Below are positions 38,701 through 51,310 of a DNA stretch of 64,000 bases, piece by piece. The stretch comes from Catajapyx aquilonaris (lineage: Eukaryota). The notes under the pieces are model-generated. The model was given only the letters and a program-made list of their open reading frames with translations, was not told the DNA's origin and made no database searches. Position 1 is the first letter of the stretch; the number at the start of each line of letters is the position of its first letter. A program made the position numbers and the translations under genes. The stretch spans positions 1-64,000 of the forward strand of contig JYFJ02001786.1 of NCBI GenBank assembly GCA_000934665.2. The letters are read 5' to 3'.

Positions 38701-41700
38701 TCCATCAAGCCCAAATCCGCTGCCTTTTTCTACCAATATATGTTTGGCAACAACTCAATTGGCAACAGCATTCATCAACGACACCCGTCTGTGTCCGGAC
38801 ACGTCGCGTCGCCGGTACTGTACGTTCAGCACCTGCTCTATCTTTTGTCCCTGCTCATTCCTGCTCCATTGCTTCTCCAAACAACTGATGCTCCTCTTCT
38901 TTAAACGGCAATCGCAAAAAAAAAAGACGGGGGCACCCTCCTCACGCCGGGTGTCTGCTTCATTACCCCCGTTCCCTCACGGATAACCCAATCTGCATAA
39001 TTTCTTGATTCCCGGGAAGGAAGGCGGAACTACGGAAATGCTGGTTAGTGACCCGTGAGGCCTGGCAAAGCGACAGGAAGAAGGGGCAGTATATGGGTGA
39101 GGAGGGTTAACAGTTACGCAGCCACCGCTAAAAAGGGTGATGGATGAGCTGCCGATGATATTGCGACGCCATGGTCTGTATACGAATAAGGAAAAAAAAA
39201 TGGTAGGTTTCCCATACACGACCTGGTTTGTCGAGGGGACGATATTGCTAGTCTTGTAAACACTATTATGAATTTTGGCACAATAAGGTGAGGAATTTTA
39301 ATGCAAGGCCACCATGTGAAGTATATGGTATTGTTCAGTGCTATATCACGCAACCCATCAAGCGAATTAAAAGTCGACATCAGTGAAAGGGTTTTGTGTC
39401 ACCATATGGAACGAAACTTGCATGTTCATGCGTCACAACCAGGGTCGCAGCATCTCCCCTTTCCTTTACCTGATGTGTCCTCACATCTGCTCCAACGGAC
39501 CACGGATCGTATATCCCTAATGGAAGGCGATGGATGAAACCTTCCGACCCTATGACCTATTTTGCATCATAGGATATCGAATGTTCATTGTCAGGTTTGT
39601 TTTTTGTCAAAAAGTAGTTCTCTCTTGGTGTCATTGAAATACCATTACATCTCCCCTCTTATGCTACACCTTTGGAACATTTTTATCCTTTCCCACCATG
39701 CAAACCATCCCTTCGGAGCAGGGGGGGAAGTGCCAGCACCCTTGATAAATTACCCCGCGGGTAAAAGCGCCTGTTCCTTTCCTAGTTGGACTCACAAACA
39801 ACGCCTATTACGAAGTTTGTTTTGAATTGGTAAGGGTGAGGGGGGGTGGGCTTACTCTAAAAGGAGGGAGGGGATTTGGAAAGAACAGGCGAAGGAGCAC
39901 ACCCTGCCAGAATATGGTGGAAATCAACCTTCAACTCAACCACTATTTCTCCCCCATTTTGAAATTTTGAAAATTTTGCATGGTTACAATTTGAAGGGGG
40001 TTGGTAGTGATTGCACCAAATTTTGAATCTGTGTATGTGTTGTGGGTGGGATGTGTTGGGTGGCTGGATCCAACTCTAACCCGAATTGGGAGTGACACGA
40101 TCCTGGGAAGAGCCAGGGTGTAGTCAGTCTGGGAACAGGGGCATTTTCCGTCCTGCACATTTAAACCAGGTGAAAAGGTGGCGGGGGCTCACCATTATGC
40201 GCCATTATATTGTCGATTCAGGAACTATTCACACATATCCCTTTGTGCCTTTGTGGCGGGGGACAAAGACCTCTTTGTTCCGCCTGTGAATGCGACGAAA
40301 TTGACAAACGAAGCGGGCTTGGGTGATGGACATCACGGGGAATGCTTCTGTGGGCCGTGAATGAGACGCCCCCACCCCAACACCACCCCAAACCCACCCC
40401 TCCCGTCCCTTCTAAATCCCCTCCCAACACCATCACCGACAATTCTTCCATCAAGAGAACTATATACCTACCTATAGCTAGGTGCATGGCAATGGCGGGG
40501 AGGGATGAAGGCATGGGAGTGGTTCCAAACAAACGTTCTACAGATAGCTCATTAAACAACACCTCTCCTTCTGTATAGTTCAGGAAGGCGGACACCTGAC
40601 GACAAAGGCGAGAGAGAGCCAAACCAAGGTGGTCTACACAAAAATGTTGAAAATATGGGACCACCTCAATAGGGACCTTGCCATTCAAAAGGAGTTGATC
40701 GGATTACTGTTGTGCGCTGCACTGCATTTGTACTCTGTCTTTGGACTGAGCACACGGAGGAGGTGTTTATTATTGCAGGGGCAAGTTTGTCAACCTGAGC
40801 ACCTTTCACAAAAATGCTGGCCTGAAAATAAGGGGAAGTTTACATATAGAGCAATAAAGACCCCATTCTCAAGTTGTTATTTTCTAAAGCAAATATTTTT
40901 ATCATCGATTGAAAATTTTTCAAATAAGGGCATAACTTGTAATTTATAGGGACTTTATGATGTTAGCTTATAACTATTTCGGTTTTATTTTCGATGGTAT
41001 ATAAATGAGATACCGGTGCTGACTTAATTAGTTTAGAGATTTTAAACGCCATAACTTATCTTTTATAGAAATTGTTGAATTTATTTCAGCATATTATGGA
41101 GGTATTTCCAACCATTGGTTTACGACCTGGTCCTGAGTTTAAAAGTGGCAATTTACCAGAGTATACTGAAACATTAGAGCTATTAGCAAGTATGTCACCT
41201 CATTTACACGTTGGATGTAATTTTTCCATGTGAAACTTTCAGGAGCTGCCCCGTAGAAGAGGTAAAACTTTGCACTCCAGGATGTAGCAATTAAATTTAC
41301 AGTCAGGACCTCAGCAGTGCATTCTTTTAAACTAGGACTTTGTGTCCTACAACACTAAAGTGTCATTCCCAGACATTAAATGACCATTTGAGATATCGTA
41401 AATTTTAGACGGGAAATGCGAAGGGTTGAAATGGCTCTCTTTTACGTACCCATGTAAAATTCCTCAGGAAGAGTAGGACGAAGAACGTTACGAGTTCCTT
41501 AGAGATCCACCCATATTTCTTACCTCTTTGAAATTAATTTAAGAATATTACTACAGTATTCTCTCAAAAATGCAATTTACAAGTCATTCAACACCATTTT
41601 GTCCATTTTAATCAATGCTACACAATCACGGTTGTATGATGGGAAGGCGCTTCTCAGGTCCAATGGCCTCGAAGAAGTGAGTGACCAGTAGAGTCCTTTA

Positions 41701-44700
41701 CTCGCATATCCTGTATGTGATGCTGCAGGAGAGTGGTTGAACCCAGCTGGTTCGGCGTGAGGCCAGAAATGTTGCGGAGAGAGATTGGGGAACATGCCTC
41801 TGCCACGCCTGGATAATGGATTTGACAAGCTTTCTCCACTAGGGCTGCCGAGTCTTGCCCGCTCCGGCCTATGCATGCATGCCCCCACAACAAAAGTGAT
41901 GGGGGAGACTCCATAAGAGTGCATAAGTCGAATGATTCACATACTTGTATCGCGCCAACCCCCGCTGGGAGCAGCACAGGATTCGAACCAACCATTTTTT
42001 CCCACCAGGATTATTTATTCTGCAGAGTTCTTTTTTTTTACAGTGTGCTTATGGGTGTGTGCTGTGCTGGTGACCCTTTTTTTAAAAAGACACCGAATGG
42101 CCACTAATGCTACTAACAGACAACGTTTTCAGCAGGATTTAATGGAGGAAGTGGAGGTTTGCGTGCACAACAGGCGGGAAGTTTAGTGGCTCATCAAGAC
42201 ACAAAATGATCGCCAGGTAAGGACCGTCCAGTTTGTTAAAGTTCAAAGGAGAAAGAGGTGGGGAATGTCACGTAAGATGTAATGCTTGTAATTTTACAGT
42301 CGTTGCAAATATGCTTGTTTGGTCAAATATTCTCCCAATGTTTAGTATAGAACGAGAAGAATGGGTATGTCAAAAAATATATATTGTCGACAGCTTGAAC
42401 GTGCTTTGGAAGGTCTCCTCATTGACCAAAATAAGGTCTCATTACTCAAACGAAGAAAAGGGAGGGGGGACTGAGGGGGGACTGCGAACACCCTTCACCC
42501 TGCCATTTTTACGCCTTGATTATCATCTACAATGCAGGCCTAACAATAACTTGTTATCGAAACAAAGATGAGAAGTGAACAAAAGGGATTGACAAAGAGG
42601 CTTTTTCCAAAGGACAGAAATGGCGGCCGGACGCTGCATTAGGAAGGGATGAGAGCGCAGGATGGCCGCTCCTGTTGATGCCCGCCCACCCTCAAGGATG
42701 CCCAAAAAAGCACACAACAACCAACAATAGGCTTTGGGATTCCGCGGGATGAGGAGTGCAATTCGCGACGCTCCTCTGCGTTCGACTGCGTTTGCAACGG
42801 GGGGCGAGGGCTATTTGAAAAGAGCGCATTGGCCCCGGTCTTTCTCAGGTGTTTCCATGGGCCAAGCCACTTGGGGGGTGCTTGAAGGAGCTGACAATAT
42901 GGAGCGAGTTCCAGGTGAATGATTGCAGCGGGACACGCAGAAGCCTTTTCTTTTCCTTGACACTCCCCCTTCTTTCGACTCGACGCCATTAGACCTCGCT
43001 GAAATAGGCTAATCGTCGACCAGATTATTTACGCAGATGGCCTTCAATCAGTTTGATCAGTACAGATAAGCACGGAAGTTCAACCTAATAATATATTGTG
43101 GTCAGTTTGTTCCGCGCATCTATTTAATTAGGACAGTGCTTGCTAAGGCATATGCAACTGACTGCAGCACAATCCACGTTCATCGTTTGATGGATTGGAT
43201 TTCTCAAAAGGAAGTTGAGAGATCATAAATCGATATCTGATGGCGCTTGGGAAATAACGAGCCAGCCTTACAATTCAAACTCCGGGCAGTCAAGGGTAGT
43301 AAATACATAAGTGTAATAATGTGGTCTCCTGCCATGGACATCCCTAACTCGAGGCTCATTGTGGAGACCCGCTCATTTGCGTGTTTGGCTTCTCTTCCGA
43401 TGGGGGGAGAAAATAAAGAGCTTCGTCATTGCCTAGGGAGGAAGATGCCCCCCCTATACCTGCTGGTGACACTGCACACCTTCCTCCAACGATCAATCGA
43501 CCAATAGCGTGGGAACACCCTCGTGCAACATATACATATCACACAGCACCCAGTTATATACACTGAAAATGCCAGGAGTGGGGTATAATCTGGCCAACCC
43601 CACCTCGGGAGTTGGTAAATCTGCTCGGAGAAGATATCCCTCGACCTTTTCCCCCTCTGCTACATTGAACATACTGGACAGTCTCTCGTCCCGAGAGGAC
43701 CGGGGCGTCAGAGAGCACAAAAGCCTCTGCTTCCCTCCTTCCTGCTATTCAAAAGCTTTTGAAAACGTTAATTGTTAGCCACGCTGACAAAAGTGGAGGT
43801 GGGGGTGGGAGGTTGATTTATACACGTTTCCTTTCGGTGGACGGTGACTAAGAGGTGTGGGCTTGGAGGGTCAGCTACCATATGCTGGTCTTGCGTGTGG
43901 GGAGGTGAGGAGTGGGGAGGGGTTAGCATAGAAAAGTAAGTCCCCGAGATGGTTGATGTGCACCTTTCGTGCCGGACTTGGCCTTCACACCTTCCAGCTA
44001 TGGCCGCTGGGAAAGTCTTGTCCGGGGTATATGACCAATCAACGTGCTACATTTACACTACTACCCACTGCCAGGCACTTATTACACTCGCCGCAATTTG
44101 TCGGCTAATTTGTTATGTCTTCAAGCTTGCGTGAAGATTACACGCTGCCTACTGCTTTACGAGAGTATCATATACGGTCAGGGAAGCATTCCGACGAATG
44201 GGCGTTTCTGCAACTGTCGCCCAACTCACCATTCACTGTCTTTAGATCTCAGCCGGATACTGATACAGACACTATTTAAGACGACGCTTCATGATATTAA
44301 TCTGAAATTGTCAGCAGCCTACTCGTAAAGACGTGTGTAATATCACGAAGTCCGCTAGTACTGCACCTTTCACTACATTAAAAAACCGTTTTCAATCCCT
44401 CTAAAAAAAATCAGGCAACCATGGTTTGCCTAGCTAATGGAACACGTAGACAATAGGCCAGGCAGCAGGGGGGCGGCCAGAAAAGAAAAGAAGAAGAGAA
44501 AAAACTAGAAGCAGCAAAAGGTGGCGTATGACAAGGCAGCTCTTTTGACTGTCGTGCAACCTCATCTCCTGTGCAGTCGGCAGGCAAGTCCCTTGGCCTG
44601 AAAAGCTTCTTCTCTTCTCCGGCTGCATGGCCAGGCCCCCAAAGCCAACCAAAGCCAGTCAGTCCTGGTCCCCAAAGCAAAAGCATGCCTTAACCCAATT

Positions 44701-47700
44701 CAAAAGGGGAGCCCCCCAGTTCGGAAATGAAATATTTAAACCTGCAATAAGGAGCCCCATTCAGAACGACACCTCGCACAATGCCCAGTATAAATAGTAG
44801 ATGGGCTACGACAAAGGGGCTCCATTCATGGCATTCATGTCCGACGGAGGATTAGTTTAAAGAAGGGACAAAGGACCCGAAAATGAAATAGAGGTAAGAA
44901 ACACCGATGTGTGAATGCGAGGCACATGATTAGTTGGGAAGCTCTTATTGAAGGTCTATTGTGGGGCGCGGCAAATACCGGACTGAATAATTGAACTCGG
45001 GAAACTCTTTGGTAGCTTGGCGTAGGGGGAGAGAGAAAATGGTGTAGGGGAAGGAGGGGGAGGATTAAGCTGGGGAGGATTGGCGTTAGAAGGCTGCTTG
45101 CATGGGTGGGGTTGTGTCAGGCTTGACTAGCAGGCTGCCTGTTGACGACGGGGGTTCCTTTTGCAAGCCTGTACATATACACACGGGCGTGTGACTGACG
45201 CACCAACCCGGTACAGCATTCTGCCATTACACTGTACACTTTTCTTTCTCTTGCGCACTATCAGTCACAATGGTTAATGCGAGGCATTCTGCCTCACGAC
45301 AAAAGGGCAACACTCGATGGAATATTATACAGAGCGATCGCCTCATGCAAGGCTGCACTTCACTGTGCCGTATTACCCCCTACAGCAATAAGCATACACC
45401 GGATGCTCTGGTACAATGCCACTCCTATCCGGCCTAACATTTTTTAAAAGGCAAAAAGGTGGGACCGGAATTGTACACTACGTCGATATCAATTTAATAA
45501 TCCGAGGCTGTTCAATACGGTAGAGAGCCTTTCACTAAAGAAAAACAGCCCACAATCGCAGCAAGTCAAAGGAAGGACTCTTTCACCTCTACGAACGCCA
45601 TACGAAATTAAGAAAAGCATCTTTCAAACCTTTTGTACAACTCCCTTCTATACTTCCAGCATTCAGCGCCAAGGAAAATTTCTCGTAAGACATATTCAAA
45701 CGAAGGAAGATTCAAGAATGATTTTTTGTGTTCACTCGTCTCCCAATATCCCTGCCTGAAAAGATGTATTCATCAATAGCTGGATGGCTGGCAATGAAAA
45801 AATGTCGCTCGTTTTACTCATAACAGTGAGATTAGTTTCGTGCAGGGTTCCTAACTGGGAGGCTATTCCGTCGACAAAAGGGGCTTCGTCTGTTATTACT
45901 TCATCTGAAGAAAAGAGGCTTCAGCACAAAAGGAAGAGCCCTGCGCCTTCAGTCGCCCAGGGTTTAAATTGAGGCATTCTTCGATGGTAACTATCAGACT
46001 TTCTCGGATGGAATATACTGTATGTAGACTATACGTCATTGGTAAAATATGTGCGGTTGCTTTTGCTGTGAAGTAACAGTACATCTGTATGTTTTCAGCT
46101 GAAATAACAACCAATCAGTTGATTCGTGAATGATTTGCTTCTGATTTACAAAATTTGAGAAGGTATTTATGACACACCCGATCATCGCTGTAGCAAAGCA
46201 ATCCAAAACCTTTTGACATGACACAACAAAAAAATCAAGTATCATTCTGAAGAGGTTCTATATACCAGGGCTCGCCTCGCCATCATAAAAGTGTCTGATA
46301 TTGCTCATGTCATGCACATAATAGGATGGAACTTTGTAATATTCAAGGCAGAAGTGTCCAATGCCCTATAAAAATGCTAACCCATGCAACTTCCGAGGCG
46401 TCAGAGATCGACATCACACAACAGAAAAACGAAAGCGTTGCTTCCGTTTACGTTGTGACAATCGGTATTGAATAGGAACACATCTACAGCCCCTGTAATA
46501 GAATTTATATTTAATATTGATAAGAAAAATTATTGAATACCAGCCTGAAAGTTAACCACGGACCACACCGTCAGTATATGCCAGCATCTAACATCAAGGG
46601 TTCTTTCACCACTGACAACTCAACAGAACTAGAATCTCAGGTGAATGCACCTCCACTAATTAACTCCCACGAAAAGTTAATTAATTATATTTTCTTTTGG
46701 ACTGGCGCCGGGTCCGAAACGAGAAGCCTGCAGAGAGAGAAAGGCTTCTTAAGGCAGGGGTCCATTGATGGCCACTGGACTATATAAAAGAGCGTGATTC
46801 AGATTCTGCTCTAAATGGCAAGTTGAATATTTTCCAGTATACATAGAACGAGCTAGGGGAGAAAAAAAATATCGCGTTAAGAAGGACCGGTGCAAAGTGA
46901 CAACAAAAGTCAATATCTCTAGCTTCCTTCCAAAAGCAGCCAGGCCCAATTAAAAACTTGCTAATTACAGTCAATGCGATCGCCCCAACTCTTTGTCACT
47001 CCCCATCTCTATGACAGATCTTATGACAGTCGCAAAATTTTGCTGGGTGTGTTTTTTTTATATTCGAGACTCTCATTATTTTCCACCCCCTTTTCCCTTG
47101 CCATCTAGGACTAATTAAAAAGCGAGACATAAAGCAATACGATTGTGATTTTGGAGGAAAGTTACACGATCTTCCCTGCTAGGTTTTTGTAAGGCACCGC
47201 TTTTATATTCGGTCCGCTGTGATTTTCAATTAGGATTCTGGCGTTTCCCATATTTTTCTCCCTGAAAATGAAATAAGCTCGAGTGGCTGGAACGGATGTG
47301 TTCATTGTTGAGCTATCCCATTTATAACTTCATGGTTGCAGTTATTGTGTTCATGTAGTGTTGTAAATAATTTGTACATGCTATTGCATATACACAAATT
47401 TTTTTTCTTCTCGACATCCTGCACCAGTCATTCTGCACATGCGTACAGAAACTCGGGCAAAGAATGGTAGAAACATTCAGCATGATGGCATGCTCCCAAA
47501 TCACATTCTAATGCTTTTCTTGTTTACATACGTACGCGCTTTCAAACCCCCTCCATTTTGCCGTCATTCCACTCGGTTCTTTTCTTCCCTCTTTCACTTG
47601 CTAATGCTCTTCTTATTTACATAGAAAAGACATAATGGATGACAAAAGAGAGCAAAACTCGGGCCAAGCGCCCGGTTTTCTTCTCCCGACTCTGAGGCCT

Positions 47701-50668
47701 TTCCTATGCAAATGTAGATGACGAACCGGGTTTCCGGAGTGCAGCCGAGTCACTCCTAAGCAGTGGTCCCAAATTCTCACAAACTTTATACGCCTACTGG
47801 CCACTACCAGTGTCAAAGACCTCAGACTATCATAAACTGAGCACAGTCTGAAACATACAAGTTTTTTCCGGACGTGTGAGACCGGCCCGTAAATACGTCC
47901 TGACACAATTCTGGGTGTTCCGAGCCAGCAGATGGACCAACCTGTGGTTCCAGATGCGACCTGACAGCTCGGGATCGTTACAAGGATTCAGATTTGTGAC
48001 CCACGTTCCTCCAAGTCCTGCTGCTGAGGTCCCCCAAAAAATGCAGTCGTGACCCCAGATCTACATGGGAATAGCTTCCTTCTGCCGTCGATCGCCTCTT
48101 TTCCTCCTCCATTAAGAGACAGTCGGGGCCATGGGCTACTATTGTTGCAGTTCCTAATGCCTTCCTTCCTCAGGGCCTTTCCTTTATTAGCATCCAGAGA
48201 GCATTTTTTTGGAGGGAAAAGGGAGGGCGCACTCCGGACACACACAAGAAGGAAAAAGGGGATTCCGAAGTCATTTTTTGAGGGGAGAGATGTCGCTTTT
48301 TCTCTTTGCTGATCCAGCGATCTATTCTTTGGCAGTGTATCCATTTCCAGTCAGGAATATTTTATCTGTCCATGAGTAACAGCAGATGGGCATATTGTCA
48401 TTCAAGGGGTCAAAAATGCAGGGGCGGAAAACACATGGCTGTGCAGTCTTTTCCTGGGCCAACTCCATCCGCATTCCTTTTAGAGTCAATAAGGCGAATT
48501 GTACTTACAAGTGTGGTTTAGGTATTGTTGTGGCAGTCACATATCCTGTGAGTGCAACTAGCCACAACCACAGTACAATATCAACAATAAAACTAACAAT
48601 TAAAAGTTTCCGACGCCAGTAGTGGTCGAATCAATCGCAGTCGCAATAATGTTGTATTCGGTCGATGGTACCACTTCAAAGCTTGACACACAAAAAAGAC
48701 ATGATCGCAAATCCCTTGAGTGGCGCTCTTTCATCATTAGACGCATGCACTGTGAAATGCCATCAGATAAGCGAGAATGAAGAGGAAGGTTTTCCTATAT
48801 ACTGTACATGCAGTAATGAATGGTTACAAGGACACAATCGATTTACAAGCACGATTCAACCCTCAAAATATCCGATCCCTGTAGTTTCTATTAGGTCCTT
48901 GCTGTCATCTCCCACGTCAGTACTACAAATCAACAAATCGTTGATTTTTAACAATTTATATATGCAAAGGTGTACTATGGGCCTTATATTCTTTCGACCA
49001 CTTTATCCTGGTCTTGAAGCAACCCTTCGCACACGCACACACTTCCTCACCGTGGGGCATGTGCGAAGAGTTGCTTCAAGAAAGTGGCCGAAAGAATTTG
49101 AGCCCCATAGATACTTGCCGCATACATAAAATAGAGCCGGAATGTAACAATGGTCATTGAATTTCTTCAGGTTAATAGTGGTGCAGTTAACAGGACTGAG
49201 TGGTTACGTTGGCCCTATATCAGATCAGTTAGCAGCAAGCAATCCTTTTTGGTGGTTTGGGATGGAGGCAAGAAAGGTCGTCGATGGCCCCATTTGAGAG
49301 GTCGGCACCATTGTTCTGCCAGGGTTCGTATACGGGACCGCTGACTGACGGATGGCCCAGCACCGGAGGCTGACAGTTGCCCATTTCCATGCCGGACCCA
49401 TTCATTTCAGTAAAAGAAGGAGGGTTGGAATCGGAAATAAAAGTTGGGTGGAGACGGAGCCAGGGCCGCTTCGTTACGACCATTCAAGAAATGCGTGATT
49501 TAAGACATGAGAGAGTGAAATTACACTCATTGTTGGGAGTTGGTTCTATTTTCTCGGTGGAGGGCAAGCACAGGCTGCACGACTTGCGGGGTCAAAGCCT
49601 ATGCAAATCTGATGACCTTTTCTGTCCATTGTGCATGGGTTATTTATGCCATTGTGGCACTTGACTCGGGTATCCACTGGTCCCAAATGGTCTGGAGGTA
49701 GAGTTTCAGCCCGGGACAAGAGGTGAAAAGCGGATGCCTTTGTATTTCTGTGCCAAACTTTCCGCAGACTCTGTTACACATTTCCCCTCCCAAGCGTTGC
49801 CGGGTGCTCTGGAAGTTTATGCAGCAAAAAAATGGACGCCAGATTTTTGTTAACAGCCAACAAATGATTTATTTACCTGACATGGTAAGAGAAAAATCGT
49901 TTATCCAATTCCGGTCGCCACGAGCCACAAGAACTAGTTCTTCCTCTTTTCTTCCACCGAAAAGTGATGGTGAAGGAAAGAGGGGGCGGATACACAGCAA
50001 GAAGTGCACAACTGCCATCTGTCTCTTTACTGCAGCTATAGGGGGGGAAAAAAAGAGCAGGGTCCCAACAAACCGTCGCACATTAGGCAAACATATGGAT
50101 CTCTTTGGGGGCGCCCCCTACTCATAAAGCCTCATGATTCACTGGCTCCTCCATAATTTTTCATGCTGTCTTTGGCATGGTCAAAAGGTTGCCCCGTAAA
50201 TGGCCCCTAATAACCAAATTTATATCATCATCAATGGGCCATGGCGGCACCGAGCGGAGGAGTAGCGGCCTTTAATGCACCCTGAAAAGAACCCAGCAGC
50301 TGAAACGCTTGCCTTGTCGACCCCCCACATCTACCCATGCCCACATCCACCCCCTGCCCCCTTCTTCCTTTCCATGGACACTAAAAGGCCCTAACATTTA
50401 TTTAACTAAATTGCTAATACTATTCGCCGAGCTTTGATTTCGTCCCGCACAAGAGGAGGGACGCATCCAGCGAGAAAAGGGGGAAAACCCAGGAAAAAAA
50501 GGGGCACCCAATATTTTTTGGAGCCCCAAAATATATGGTGCAAAGGCTTGTTTGAAATGGGAACCGAGCCGCAAACTATGATGGTCGGTTGGGCGTTAAC
50601 AGCCTATTCTGAGCCGAATTTTAATCAAAATGTATCAAAGTGTTTGACGTGGCTAATGTGTGCAAGTA

Positions 50669-51310
50669 CAGTGTTGGACATTAATCGCGTCATACTTGCG
50701 ACATTTTCTGATGCGGAAGACGTGCAAATCGAAGTGATAGAGTGTGAGCCGTGCGAATGAGAAAAGGTAGGCCTTGAGTGACGTCACCGGCTGGGGGCAA
50801 TGAAGAAAAGGCCTGTGCCATGGTCTTAGAATACTAAAGTCTGGACACTACCTCTTATCGCCTGCCGGGGAGTTATGCATGAGGTGCTCACCTGAGAGCG
50901 CCATCACGGAGCAATCATGTGGCGACCCTACCGGACTACGCTGAACTTTATATGTGCAAAAGGGAAGGGCTACATGCGGGCCAAACATGGCCGCCAGCGA
51001 CCATGTAGGGTCCCCCAATGTAGCGCTTCCCTTTTGTACGTACCTATAAAGTTCAGCGTAGTCCGGTAGGGTCGCCCCATGATTGCTCCGTGATGGCGCT
51101 CTCAGGTGAGCACCTCATGCATAACGCCCCGGCAGGCGATGAGATAAGATTGTAGGGCTAGTGTCCGGGGGCTGGCTTGTCCCCAACCAGTGACGCCACC
51201 CAAGGGCTACTATTTCTTACTCGCACGGCTCGTACTCTATCACTCCGATTTGCAGTCTGCCGCTTCGGGAAATGTCGCTAGAAGTATGACGGAATTAATG
51301 TCCAGCACTG
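50669..51310. mobile_element. Non-autonomous Tc1/mariner-type foldback element (MITE-like), 642 bp
   Basis: TA dinucleotides at 50667-50668 and 51311-51312 flank termini CAGTGTTGGACATTAAT ... ATTAATGTCCAGCACTG. CAGTG ends with a TA TSD are typical of Tc1/mariner. The arms align as an inverted repeat over almost the whole length, with the centre near 50995. No transposase ORF. Confidence 0.9.
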
